IMG/VR virus record: IMGVR_UViG_3300039016_000025
Coordinates: 1-45,876 of that record
DNA from: a virus
DNA length: 45,876 nt
Strand: one strand, 5' to 3'
The notes under the pieces were generated by a model that had not been told where the DNA came from, did not search any database, and saw only the letters and a program-made list of their open reading frames with translations. A program made the translations under genes and the position numbers. Each line of letters opens with the position of its first letter. Position 1 is the first letter of the stretch. Below, piece after piece: positions 17,553 through 25,248 of this stretch.

Positions 17553-19022
17553 TTAGAAACCGAACTGTTGAGCAGCCTCGCCAAACGGCAAGCAATCAAC
17601 CTCACCGCTGCGCACCTTCCCGGCTAGGTACGCCATCGCCGTATCAAGGTCAGCGTTCAATACCTGAAGGGCAGCGGGGGCAGTGATGACAGAACGATGC
17701 AAGGTAATAACAGCCCACTCACCCCGCGATATTGCCCAATTGACTACATTTTGAAAGTCTGTCACGGTTGTGGTGTTCGTCACCCCAAGCGCCCCCTGAA
17801 CGAGCAGTGGGTCGAACGCTCCGCAAATTGGCTGAGTACGGTTATAGACCGGACTCATCAACCGTATCGCCTTTATTCCCGCCGCTTCATAAGCCGCTGA
17901 GACTAAATCCTGACGCGCTTGCGCCACGGTTTGCGCAAAAGGACAGGTGTAGCCATGCACCGCATAATTCAGGCCGCGAGATAGGCCGCGAGAGCTACGC
18001 CACGCTTGCGATGCAACGATGTCGTTGTAAATACTGGATTGCGTAGGCCAGTCAGTAGCGTTCGCGTACCCATTCACCTTGCTGTTATCAAAGGTGTGAT
18101 GGATTAACTCATGCCCTCGGTTGTACGCAGCAATGATCTGCGCCTCATTCATGTAGGTCGTGCTAAGGCCGATATTCCCACCAACAAGCGCCAACGATGA
18201 GCGCAAACCATAGCCGTCAAGGATTGGCAGGATGTAGTCCCGCTGGCTTGCGTACTCGCCGTCATTGACGATTGATACCATGCCCTTGCGCCGTGCATTT
18301 TTCATCAACGGCCCGATTTCAACTGTCACCCCGTCAGCCGTTGCCGGTACAGTCGCGAAGATACGAAGCCGGGTAACAATTTCAGCGTCAAGGTCAGTCG
18401 TTGCAGTCCATCCACCAGCAAATGACCAGCCTTCAGTCGCGGCACCAGCAGCAAAACTAATCATGTTCCATTTGTTTGCTCGAAGATTTCCAAGTTCAAT
18501 CCGCGCCTTCGCTGATTTCGTAAAGTCTGCCGAGTAAATCCAGATTTGAATAGGATTGACCCCGTCGACAAATCCGACATTGCTCGAAAACTTGAACGGG
18601 ATTTGCATTGTGCGCAACTGCGCAAAGCTAACACCAGTGGTCAGGTTGAATTCAGCGTTGTAAGACGTGCTGGCTTTGAACGTGCATTTCAGCGGCGCGG
18701 CCTTGATTGCATCGCTGTAGTCGCCTCGCCCGACGGCTTCAGGCGCACCATTTACAGAGATAAGCGCGAGAGTGCCTTCCGATGCCGCCCACGACACAAG
18801 CGGAGCCGCGACGGCTACTTGCGCTTCGCCAACGTCAGTGATCGAAAATCTATTCCTCCCGGTGAGAGGGTTGGTTTTCGACGTAACCGGGAGCCCGTCG
18901 GTTTGAGTATCCTGCCCGGCCAGGTAAGTTACGTCGTTCACCCCTTTCGGCGCGATACCGATAAGCCGCCCGGTGTCGAGGTTAAAAACCCCCGTAATGT
19001 CTGCAGTAGTAATGTTGCTCAT
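17553..19022 (-). CDS. Two-domain protein with C-terminal polysaccharide deacetylase (NodB/CE4)-like domain
   Basis: 489 aa. Has IVNDGEY (TFDDG-like), HELIHHTF (HxxxH) and a late ITLH motif. GC is lower than in the flanks. Confidence 0.55.
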   Translation of the reverse strand: MSNITTADITGVFNLDTGRLIGIAPKGVNDVTYLAGQDTQTDGLPVTSKTNPLTGRNRFSITDVGEAQVAVAAPLVSWAASEGTLALISVNGAPEAVGRGDYSDAIKAAPLKCTFKASTSYNAEFNLTTGVSFAQLRTMQIPFKFSSNVGFVDGVNPIQIWIYSADFTKSAKARIELGNLRANKWNMISFAAGAATEGWSFAGGWTATTDLDAEIVTRLRIFATVPATADGVTVEIGPLMKNARRKGMVSIVNDGEYASQRDYILPILDGYGLRSSLALVGGNIGLSTTYMNEAQIIAAYNRGHELIHHTFDNSKVNGYANATDWPTQSSIYNDIVASQAWRSSRGLSRGLNYAVHGYTCPFAQTVAQARQDLVSAAYEAAGIKAIRLMSPVYNRTQPICGAFDPLLVQGALGVTNTTTVTDFQNVVNWAISRGEWAVITLHRSVITAPAALQVLNADLDTAMAYLAGKVRSGEVDCLPFGEAAQQFGF

Positions 19023-19035
19023 GGGATATTCCTAT

Positions 19036-19851
19036 CTAAATTGGCAGTATCGGCCGACTTGTGCATCGGCAATTTATTTCCTCTCCGGGCTGGATATGCT
19101 CCCCGGAAATTAGGCAACCTTCCGCGATTTTATACCTTTTCCCGTTTGCTGTCACATGGTCAGGGCGCGGATTCTTCCCGGCGTGGCTGTGCATCCAAAT
19201 GGCTTCCGTTATTCCAAGTTCCATTTGCCTTGCGCGGTTGACGACGGCGTTCGCTTTGTTCGATTGGTCCCGGGCTATCAATTCCGCCCGATGGCTGGCC
19301 GCCGGGTAAAGTTGCTTTAGCTCCTTGACCATGGTCGCCAGGTCACGGCCGGCGCTGTAGGAGCGCATTACCGTTCCCTCTACCTGTTGCAAATACTTTT
19401 CAGGAATAGAGCGAATCAAGCCGACGTTTTCCTCAAGGCTGGCATTGAAGGCGTCGCGTACCGCGGGCGTCATCTTGAATTCAACGGACCAACCGGCTTC
19501 CTTGAGGGCTTGCCGGAACGCGGAGTCGCTGGCCTTGAACATGCCTTGCAAATAGGCTTCCGCCAGCTTGGGGGCGTAGTCTTCAAACCGCTTGGTCCAC
19601 CGGCGGGCCAGTTCGTCCAATATCTTTTTGATTTTGGCGGACGGGCTGGCGTCAGCACCTAGCAAGATGGCGTCTTGCGCCTGTTCAACCAAGGCGGCCA
19701 TGCGCGGCGGGTCTTTGCGATAAGCCGCGGTTAGCCAGTATTCGACCGACGCGTGCATTTCCGCAATGAGCCGCTGCAGGGCCTTACGGTATTTGGCTTC
19801 AATACCGCGATTGGCCGGGACCGCCCGGCACGTCTTAGGCTGTTGCGCCAC
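19036..19851 (-). CDS. Head morphogenesis protein, Mu F / SPP1 gp7 family
   Basis: The C-terminus AIWMHSHAGKNPRPDHVTANGKRYKIAEG...INCRCTSRPI is the MuF signature. Start placed at GTG 19851, an 17-nt overlap with the portal gene; exact start uncertain. Confidence 0.75.
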   Translation of the reverse strand: MAQQPKTCRAVPANRGIEAKYRKALQRLIAEMHASVEYWLTAAYRKDPPRMAALVEQAQDAILLGADASPSAKIKKILDELARRWTKRFEDYAPKLAEAYLQGMFKASDSAFRQALKEAGWSVEFKMTPAVRDAFNASLEENVGLIRSIPEKYLQQVEGTVMRSYSAGRDLATMVKELKQLYPAASHRAELIARDQSNKANAVVNRARQMELGITEAIWMHSHAGKNPRPDHVTANGKRYKIAEGCLISGEHIQPGEEINCRCTSRPILPI

Positions 19852-21358
19852 TGGCGGCCCCCGGTTGGTCTTCAAGTCCCGGCGGCGGCGCTTCGCCCGG
19901 GGCGGGCTCCGGATTCGGCGGGACCAGTTCGACGGAAGTATCCAGCCCCATAAATCCGCTGTTCGGGTCTTTCGCCAGGCGTTCCCGGACTTCGGACGGG
20001 TCGACCACACCGGCCGCGATATAGGCGCAATCCGCCTGGCTATCGGAAAGCCTAATTTCGCTTTCTTCCTTCGGCGTCATTTGGTACAGCGGGACAAAGT
20101 TAAAGCCGATATCCGGGTCGATTTCCCCGAATAGTGAAAGCTGTACGGCCTTCAAAATAACTTCCAGCGGTTCCCGCCAATGGGCTTCCTGTTGGGCCGC
20201 AATCCAATCGTAGAAAATGCGGATTTCGCCGTCGCTGGAAGCATTCAAGCCGCTGGGAGAAATGCCGGTAAGAACAATGGCCGGCATGCGGGACACGCTG
20301 CACATTTGTTCTTGGCTTTGGGCTTGGAGTTCGTGCAGGCCGGAAAGCGGGGTATTGATTTGTACCAATTCCTCCCGGTCCTTGTCCAAGAGCATTAAGC
20401 CCTTGTTGCTCCGCGTGGCCGTGAAGAGTTCGGCCCGTGCGAACAAATCGCCGCCGTCGTCGTCCCCCTGCAGCACTTGGTCCATACTCGTGGCAAGCGC
20501 GGTAATGCTGAAATTGTTTAGCAGGTCCGACACGCTTTGACGGGTCCGGAGCCAGTTGTCGACATAAGGCTCCGCAAGCTGGGAAAGGGACATACCCGCG
20601 AAGTTAAACGCCGGCTTGAGAATGTCCGGAAGCGGCCGGGTTACGATGGTCATAAGGCGGGACGCGTGGACCTCTTGGCCCAGCATGAACCACTTGGACG
20701 GCTTGTAAAAATCAGGCGCCACGGGGTCCAAGGCGTTATAGCCGGCCGGGGTGGTCCACACAGCTTCGACCGGGATGATGCGCGTAAAGCTGCCCTTGGC
20801 AATCGTGCGGGGGTCAAGGATAAGTGGGGTCGAACGGTCGGCGCCGGTAATCTCCAAGAAGATTTGAGCCCGGCCAAAATAGCAATCATGTTCCGTTCCC
20901 GTTTGGATTGCCCCGCGAACGTTGAGCCGCTTAAATTCTTCCTCAATAGCTTTGATTTTCTCCGCGGTATCCGTGTCGTCGTCTTGCTTGCTGGTGAATT
21001 CCAGCCATTCCCGGGTCAACTCCGTTGCCAGCGCGGAAGCCATTTGCCGGAATTCGGCGCGGGTCGCCAGTTGGGAGAGGTACGCGAAGCCAGGGAAGCC
21101 GCCGCCGGGGAACGTTTGGGCCGCGTAGGCGTATTGGTTGGAGTCTTGCGCCATTACGGGGGCGGTCACACCAGCCGGGACGACGCCGGGCGCCAGTTCC
21201 GGAGGCTTGACCGGGAAGGCGTAGGATTTGGCGGCGCTGGCACCAGCCTTGGCCCGCTCCGCTGCACGACGCAAACCGTCCCCCTTGGGCTTGGCGGGGG
21301 CGTCAACTTTGGGGGTCTTACGAGGCCGACCCACGGGGCGCTTGACGATAGGTTCCAT
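19835..21358 (-). CDS. Portal protein (DUF1073-like)
   Basis: 507-aa ORF upstream of the MuF-like gene. Has a basic N-terminus and an acidic C-terminal tail. Confidence 0.75.
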   Translation of the reverse strand: MEPIVKRPVGRPRKTPKVDAPAKPKGDGLRRAAERAKAGASAAKSYAFPVKPPELAPGVVPAGVTAPVMAQDSNQYAYAAQTFPGGGFPGFAYLSQLATRAEFRQMASALATELTREWLEFTSKQDDDTDTAEKIKAIEEEFKRLNVRGAIQTGTEHDCYFGRAQIFLEITGADRSTPLILDPRTIAKGSFTRIIPVEAVWTTPAGYNALDPVAPDFYKPSKWFMLGQEVHASRLMTIVTRPLPDILKPAFNFAGMSLSQLAEPYVDNWLRTRQSVSDLLNNFSITALATSMDQVLQGDDDGGDLFARAELFTATRSNKGLMLLDKDREELVQINTPLSGLHELQAQSQEQMCSVSRMPAIVLTGISPSGLNASSDGEIRIFYDWIAAQQEAHWREPLEVILKAVQLSLFGEIDPDIGFNFVPLYQMTPKEESEIRLSDSQADCAYIAAGVVDPSEVRERLAKDPNSGFMGLDTSVELVPPNPEPAPGEAPPPGLEDQPGAASGATA

Positions 21359-21364
21359 GGGTTT

Positions 21365-21393
21365 ATTTTACGGGAAAATAATTATTTTTGCAA
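21365..21393 (-). promoter_or_regulatory. Candidate sigma70-type promoter for the portal operon (TTGCAA-17-TAAAAT) ending 6 nt before the ATG
   Basis: Minus strand reads ttgcaa aaataattattttcccg taaaat aaaccc ATG. No Shine-Dalgarno. Confidence 0.4.
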
Positions 21394-21401
21394 AATATCT
21401 G

Positions 21402-21430
21402 TTGACGTAGATAAATTATTTATCTAATAT
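21402..21430 (+). promoter_or_regulatory. Early promoter cassette copy 1 (TTGACG-17-TAATAT, spacer palindrome TAGATAAATTATTTATCTA)
   Basis: Hexamers and 17-nt spacer read directly. The same spacer occurs at five other sites. Confidence 0.7.
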
Positions 21431-21464
21431 AGGAAGCGTCAACCACTTCTTTGGAGTTCCCGCC

Positions 21465-21728
21465 ATGTCCCTCAAGCTTCCCGCTTCTTCCAGCCCTCTC
21501 CGCGAACTCTTTGACATTGCCGACTTGGCGGCCCTGGCCGATATTCAAGCCCGCACCAAGTTACCGACCTTACATCAAGCGAAAATGACTGCACGCAACG
21601 TTTTTGCAACCGACAATGCCGTCAAGCAAGTCAACATGCTGGTAATTCGAGCAAACGGCGATTTGCACTTGACCGCGTTTGGACCACGCGGAGGCGTTAC
21701 GCGACTTTGGAACTTCGGGAAACTCTAA
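21465..21728 (+). CDS. Hypothetical 87-aa protein, antisense-oriented inside the late gene block
   Basis: ORF has its own early-type promoter and a downstream hairpin terminator. Confidence 0.6.
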   Translation: MSLKLPASSSPLRELFDIADLAALADIQARTKLPTLHQAKMTARNVFATDNAVKQVNMLVIRANGDLHLTAFGPRGGVTRLWNFGKL

Positions 21729-21735
21729 GCACCCC

Positions 21736-21758
21736 AAAGGCCCCGCAAGGGGCCTTTT
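21736..21758. terminator. Bidirectional intrinsic terminator (9-bp stem aaaggcccc/ggggccttt, GCAA loop)
   Basis: Perfect hairpin between the convergent stops at 21728 and 21760. T-run on the plus side. Confidence 0.7.
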
Positions 21759-21759
21759 G

Positions 21760-23208
21760 CTATGCGCGCCCCATGGCTTTATCGAGCGCCGCTTGGCTAA
21801 TCTTCAACTTGTTGAACAGCGGATACAGGCGGCGCAATGCTTGGGTAAGGGCGTCGACTTGGTCATCATTGGCCGCCGCCGGGAATCCGGTCAACTCCCC
21901 GACCAAGTCTTTCACCCATGGCGCCGTGTCCGGATGCGGAAGCCACACGTTACCCGCTTCCCAATAGCTGGTTACGGCGTGCGCCCGTGCCAGCTTGGAG
22001 CCGTCCGGTTCAATCGGGATGATGCCCGAAACGGAGCCCTTTAGGGTGTCGATAACCGCCGGCCCGTTGGCCTTGTCTTCTATCAGAATTTCCCGGACCT
22101 TGGGCCATTCGTTCTTTAGCTTGATGACTTCCCCGACGGTCTTGGTAAAGGACATGCGGGCGCGAACCTGGCCCAGCAAGTAGGCATTGGCGCCAGCCTT
22201 GCCCCATACCTGGCCGACGACAAAGTCCGTGCCGTCCGTGTCCTTAAAGGTGCAATCCCAGGAAGCCAAGACCTTGTCGAATTTGGCCGGCAAGTCCTTG
22301 GGGAAGTAGTAGCGCAAACCGCTTTCCTTGAAGACGTTGCCACCCAGCGCCCGCGGGCATTGCTGGTACATGGCCGCCCACCAGTAGTCGCTAAACAGGC
22401 TTTTGACTTCTTGCAGGAATGCCAGGCTTTTGAGTTCCGGGACCAGCGGGCCGCGGGGCAAGTTCGGGTTATAGCCAACTTCCCCGGGTTCATTGATGGC
22501 CGGGAAGCGCAAGACGGTAAGCCGCGGGTCGCCGGCAAAGTGTTTGCAAATCCGGGCGGGCAAATCGTCTTCCGCCCATGACGTTGCCATGATGATTTGC
22601 CCGGAGTTTTCCGATAACCGCGTCGTGAAAACGGTTTGATACCAGTTCCAATGCCCTTCCTTGACCGTTGGTGACAAGGCTTCCTTTTCGTTCTTCACCG
22701 GGTCGTCAATGATGCCGATATCGACCGGGCGTCCCGTCAGGCCAGCACCCACACCGACGCCAAGATAGCCGCCCGCCCCGCCTGGCGCCGTAAATTCTCC
22801 CGTGCGGTTGACGTCATAGCGGCGTTTCTCCGCGGGCTGGGGGAATAGCCGCCGATGCTTGTCGTCGGCCAGGTTGCGCCGCACGTCTTGGGCCATGGCG
22901 TTTGCCAGTTCGTCCGAATAGGACGCGGCGCCGACCCGCCAATCCGGGAAGCGCCCCAGGATATAGGCCGGCAATTTGCGGCTCACAATCTCCGACTTAC
23001 CGTGCTGGGGCGGGGCCTGCAAAATCAGAATGGGCCGCTTGCCCGCTTGCATGTCATCAAGGAACAGGTCGAGGGCAGCGCAAACCGCGGCACTAAAGCC
23101 GCTTTGTTTGTACTTCGGGTTCGTGAAGAGGATATAGGCAGCCAGTTGGCGCCGGGCATCCCTACGCCTCAACAGTTCGGCGGCGGCCTCACGCTTCGTC
23201 GGGAGCAT
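21760..23208 (-). CDS. terL: Terminase large subunit
   Basis: 482 aa. Walker A-like LQAPPQHGKSE, Walker B-like VDIGIIDDP, nuclease-half motifs. Confidence 0.85.
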   Translation of the reverse strand: MLPTKREAAAELLRRRDARRQLAAYILFTNPKYKQSGFSAAVCAALDLFLDDMQAGKRPILILQAPPQHGKSEIVSRKLPAYILGRFPDWRVGAASYSDELANAMAQDVRRNLADDKHRRLFPQPAEKRRYDVNRTGEFTAPGGAGGYLGVGVGAGLTGRPVDIGIIDDPVKNEKEALSPTVKEGHWNWYQTVFTTRLSENSGQIIMATSWAEDDLPARICKHFAGDPRLTVLRFPAINEPGEVGYNPNLPRGPLVPELKSLAFLQEVKSLFSDYWWAAMYQQCPRALGGNVFKESGLRYYFPKDLPAKFDKVLASWDCTFKDTDGTDFVVGQVWGKAGANAYLLGQVRARMSFTKTVGEVIKLKNEWPKVREILIEDKANGPAVIDTLKGSVSGIIPIEPDGSKLARAHAVTSYWEAGNVWLPHPDTAPWVKDLVGELTGFPAAANDDQVDALTQALRRLYPLFNKLKISQAALDKAMGRA

Positions 23209-23917
23209 CGGTCGCCCTGAGAATCGCGGCCAGTTGGGCGTCGGTCAAGTCGTCCGCCGTTAAATTCGCCATGGGAATGGGGCCGCCGCCGGGGCCGCTG
23301 AATTCCTTTTTATCGACCAGCATGCCCAGGTATCGGGCCAAGTTGGCGACCGCGGCGTCCTTGTCCCGCATGTGAATCTTGATGCCGTTGCGGGTCCGTT
23401 CGGCGCCAGCATAAAGCACCTTTGCCGGCCCGCGTAGCTTCCGGGTATCCGCGACGTGGACGTCTTCAATCCCCAGGCCGCCGCATTCGGGGCAATCGGA
23501 GTTTGGCGCCGCGTTCGGGTTGAACCCAAAGCCGCCCATGCCGTCGGGAGCGGGCTTCCCGGAATCCACAGCCCGGTCGACGGCGACGCTGTATTCCGCT
23601 TCCGTCCATTGGTATTGATGGCCGAAGCCATGACAATGGCGGCAACAGGTCCGGCGAACTTGAACGATTGAGTTAGGGTCGGCCGTTGCAATCTTGGCCC
23701 ATTGGCCGACGACCCATTCTGGCGTAATGCTGGCAGCGACGGCGCATTCTTTCATTCGTTCGGCTATCGCTTCTTGAATTTTTATAATTTTCAATAGCAA
23801 ATGGCCCTGCTGTCCCGCCCCGTTTTCTGAGTATCCAGCGCGTATGGCGGCCTGCGTCGCGTTTTCATCGACGCAATACTCGTTCACGAATCGGCGTTGT
23901 TTAGGTGTAAGGCTCAT
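23189..23917 (-). CDS. terS: Terminase small subunit (P27/Terminase_2-like)
   Basis: N-terminus MSLTPKQRRFVNEYCVDENATQAAIRAGYS is the classic family signature. Confidence 0.8.
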   Translation of the reverse strand: MSLTPKQRRFVNEYCVDENATQAAIRAGYSENGAGQQGHLLLKIIKIQEAIAERMKECAVAASITPEWVVGQWAKIATADPNSIVQVRRTCCRHCHGFGHQYQWTEAEYSVAVDRAVDSGKPAPDGMGGFGFNPNAAPNSDCPECGGLGIEDVHVADTRKLRGPAKVLYAGAERTRNGIKIHMRDKDAAVANLARYLGMLVDKKEFSGPGGGPIPMANLTADDLTDAQLAAILRATDAPDEA

Positions 23918-23926
23918 AGTGTCTTA

Positions 23927-23955
23927 ATTCTAGCCCTTGGCGGCCACAATTGCAA
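23927..23955 (-). promoter_or_regulatory. Candidate promoter for the terminase operon (TTGCAA-17-TAGAAT) ending 9 nt before the ATG
   Basis: Minus strand reads ttgcaa ttgtggccgccaagggc tagaat taagacact ATG. No Shine-Dalgarno. Confidence 0.35.
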
Positions 23956-24239
23956 CCACAACGGGGCGTCGCTCTTGGTTCGGTGCCCTTTACCCTGTTA
24001 CCCCATTGGCTAAAATTACGGGGTGGGTACTCTAACCCTTTGATTCTATTACTCTATTTTATATAATACCCCTATACCCCGTAATAATAGAACGCTGTAC
24101 ACCTTAGACCCTCTTACATTACAGTAAGGTTATTATAATAATCATATCTTACGTTAAGATGGTCTACAGTGCCGTAGGATTGCAAGCGTGCGGGGAATGC
24201 GACCCGGGGTTCTTACTTTCGCCGGGGGTTATGTCTTAC
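23956..24239. promoter_or_regulatory. AT-rich, repeat-dense non-coding region (TACCCC/GGGGTA and TCTTAC/GTAAGA motifs). Candidate pac/cos or regulator-binding region
   Basis: Largest non-coding gap in the genome. TCTTAC at 24112, 24147, 24211 and 24234. GTAAGA at 24252. attacggggt and accccgtaat are in inverted orientation. Confidence 0.5.
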
Positions 24240-24268
24240 TTGCGGCGGCGGGTAAGATGCGCTAAAAT
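24240..24268 (+). promoter_or_regulatory. Candidate promoter TTGCGG-17-TAAAAT for gene 24297
   Basis: Hexamers and spacing read directly. A TCTTAC/GTAAGA inverted repeat brackets the -35. Confidence 0.4.
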
Positions 24269-24296
24269 CATAACGTCAATTTTAGGAGCGTAAACC

Positions 24297-24806
24297 ATGC
24301 AAAATTACACCAGCCGGGCCGACGCGAAGGTAAGAGGCCAAAGCCAATATTTTACGGGGATTCCCTGCAAGAACGGCCATTTAACCTATAGGTACACTTC
24401 TAGCGGTTCTTGTAGCGGTTGCATCCGGGCGCACAATCGGCCGTCGAGTGACCAAGCGACCGTCGAACGCAAGGAAGCAAAGGCGCTTTTGGTGCAAGTT
24501 CGCTTGCGTTGCTATGAGGTTGACCGGGACGCCCTGGCGGCGGCCGTGTGGTCCTTCGCCGTCATGCGTAACCCGGTTATCACGCTGGGGGACGTCGACC
24601 CGCGTTTGCTACCCCAAGACAAGACCGCGGGCACGGGACTTTATGCGTTCTATTGCCATTCGGAAGACGTGCCCCAAGTCCGCCAACTGGCCGACGGCAT
24701 GCTCAACGGCCACAGTATCGACGCGAACGCTGGCAGGGCCAAAGCCATTGCAGCGGCCCAACGTTACGTCGAAGCGGATACGACGCCCCCTATGTCCTTC
24801 AAGTAG
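24297..24806 (+). CDS. Hypothetical protein with N-terminal Cys/His zinc-ribbon-like motif (possible regulator)
   Basis: 169 aa, AGGAG RBS. Motif YFTGIPCKNGHLTYRYTSSGSCSGC. Confidence 0.55.
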   Translation: MQNYTSRADAKVRGQSQYFTGIPCKNGHLTYRYTSSGSCSGCIRAHNRPSSDQATVERKEAKALLVQVRLRCYEVDRDALAAAVWSFAVMRNPVITLGDVDPRLLPQDKTAGTGLYAFYCHSEDVPQVRQLADGMLNGHSIDANAGRAKAIAAAQRYVEADTTPPMSFK

Positions 24807-24811
24807 CCGCG

Positions 24812-24831
24812 GGAGCCCTTGGCGGGGCTCC
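24812..24831. terminator. Hairpin between convergent genes (ggagccc ttggcg gggctcc)
   Basis: 7-bp perfect stem. No strong T-run. Confidence 0.4.
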
Positions 24832-24849
24832 GTGTGGCATTCGGGCTGG

Positions 24850-25137
24850 TCAGCCTATCCAATAGGTAATGCGCTCTTTGCCGGCCGATTCGTAGCGGGT
24901 GACGTTGATCGGTACACGGGCGCCGCGTTCCTCAAGTTTCGGGATGATGTAGTCGGCCACAATGCGGGCAGCTTCGGCCCGGCTCAAGCGCACATAGCCG
25001 CCAGCGCAACCAATGAACGCTTTGTCGTCTTCCCCTTCAATTGGGGCGTCGTTGCGGACGTGCAGGCAAAAGGAAGTGCCGGCCTTGGCGTTCTTTACGA
25101 ACTTAACGGCATCGGCGGTCTTGAATAGTTGGCTCAT
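24850..25137 (-). CDS. Hypothetical 95-aa early protein
   Basis: ORF with its own early promoter cassette and the CA-rich leader ending in ccGGAG. Confidence 0.6.
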   Translation of the reverse strand: MSQLFKTADAVKFVKNAKAGTSFCLHVRNDAPIEGEDDKAFIGCAGGYVRLSRAEAARIVADYIIPKLEERGARVPINVTRYESAGKERITYWIG

Positions 25138-25172
25138 GGTTTGCGCTCCGGTTGTTTGTGTTGACGCCCTAG

Positions 25173-25201
25173 ATATTAGATAAATAATTTACCTATGTCA
25201 A
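25173..25201 (-). promoter_or_regulatory. Early promoter cassette copy 2 (TTGACA-17-TAATAT)
   Basis: Minus strand reads ttgaca taggtaaattatttatc taatat. Confidence 0.7.
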
Positions 25202-25205
25202 CAAG

Positions 25206-25228
25206 AAAAAGCCCGCACTCGGCGGGCC
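25206..25228 (-). terminator. Intrinsic terminator after the pentapeptide-repeat gene
   Basis: Minus strand reads gcccgc cgagt gcgggc followed by ttttt. Confidence 0.7.
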
Positions 25229-25248
25229 TATAAATTGCGCTTGGTTAT

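Noticed and set aside
17396-17605. 69-aa minus-strand ORF in the gap after the deacetylase-like gene.
   Set aside because: Its first half overlaps the end of the 489-aa gene. The internal Met at 17518 has no RBS, and the sequence has no recognisable features. It may still be part of the acquired segment.
19852-20010. N-terminal extension of the MuF-like ORF in the track (start at 20010).
   Set aside because: The extension overlaps the portal gene by about 175 nt and is Arg/Pro-rich. MuF-family similarity begins just after the GTG at 19851.
23960-24060. Possible tRNA or small RNA in the large intergenic region (ggttcggtgcc resembles a T-loop).
   Set aside because: I could not fold a cloverleaf with an acceptor stem and anticodon arm. 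The similarity is limited to a few bases.
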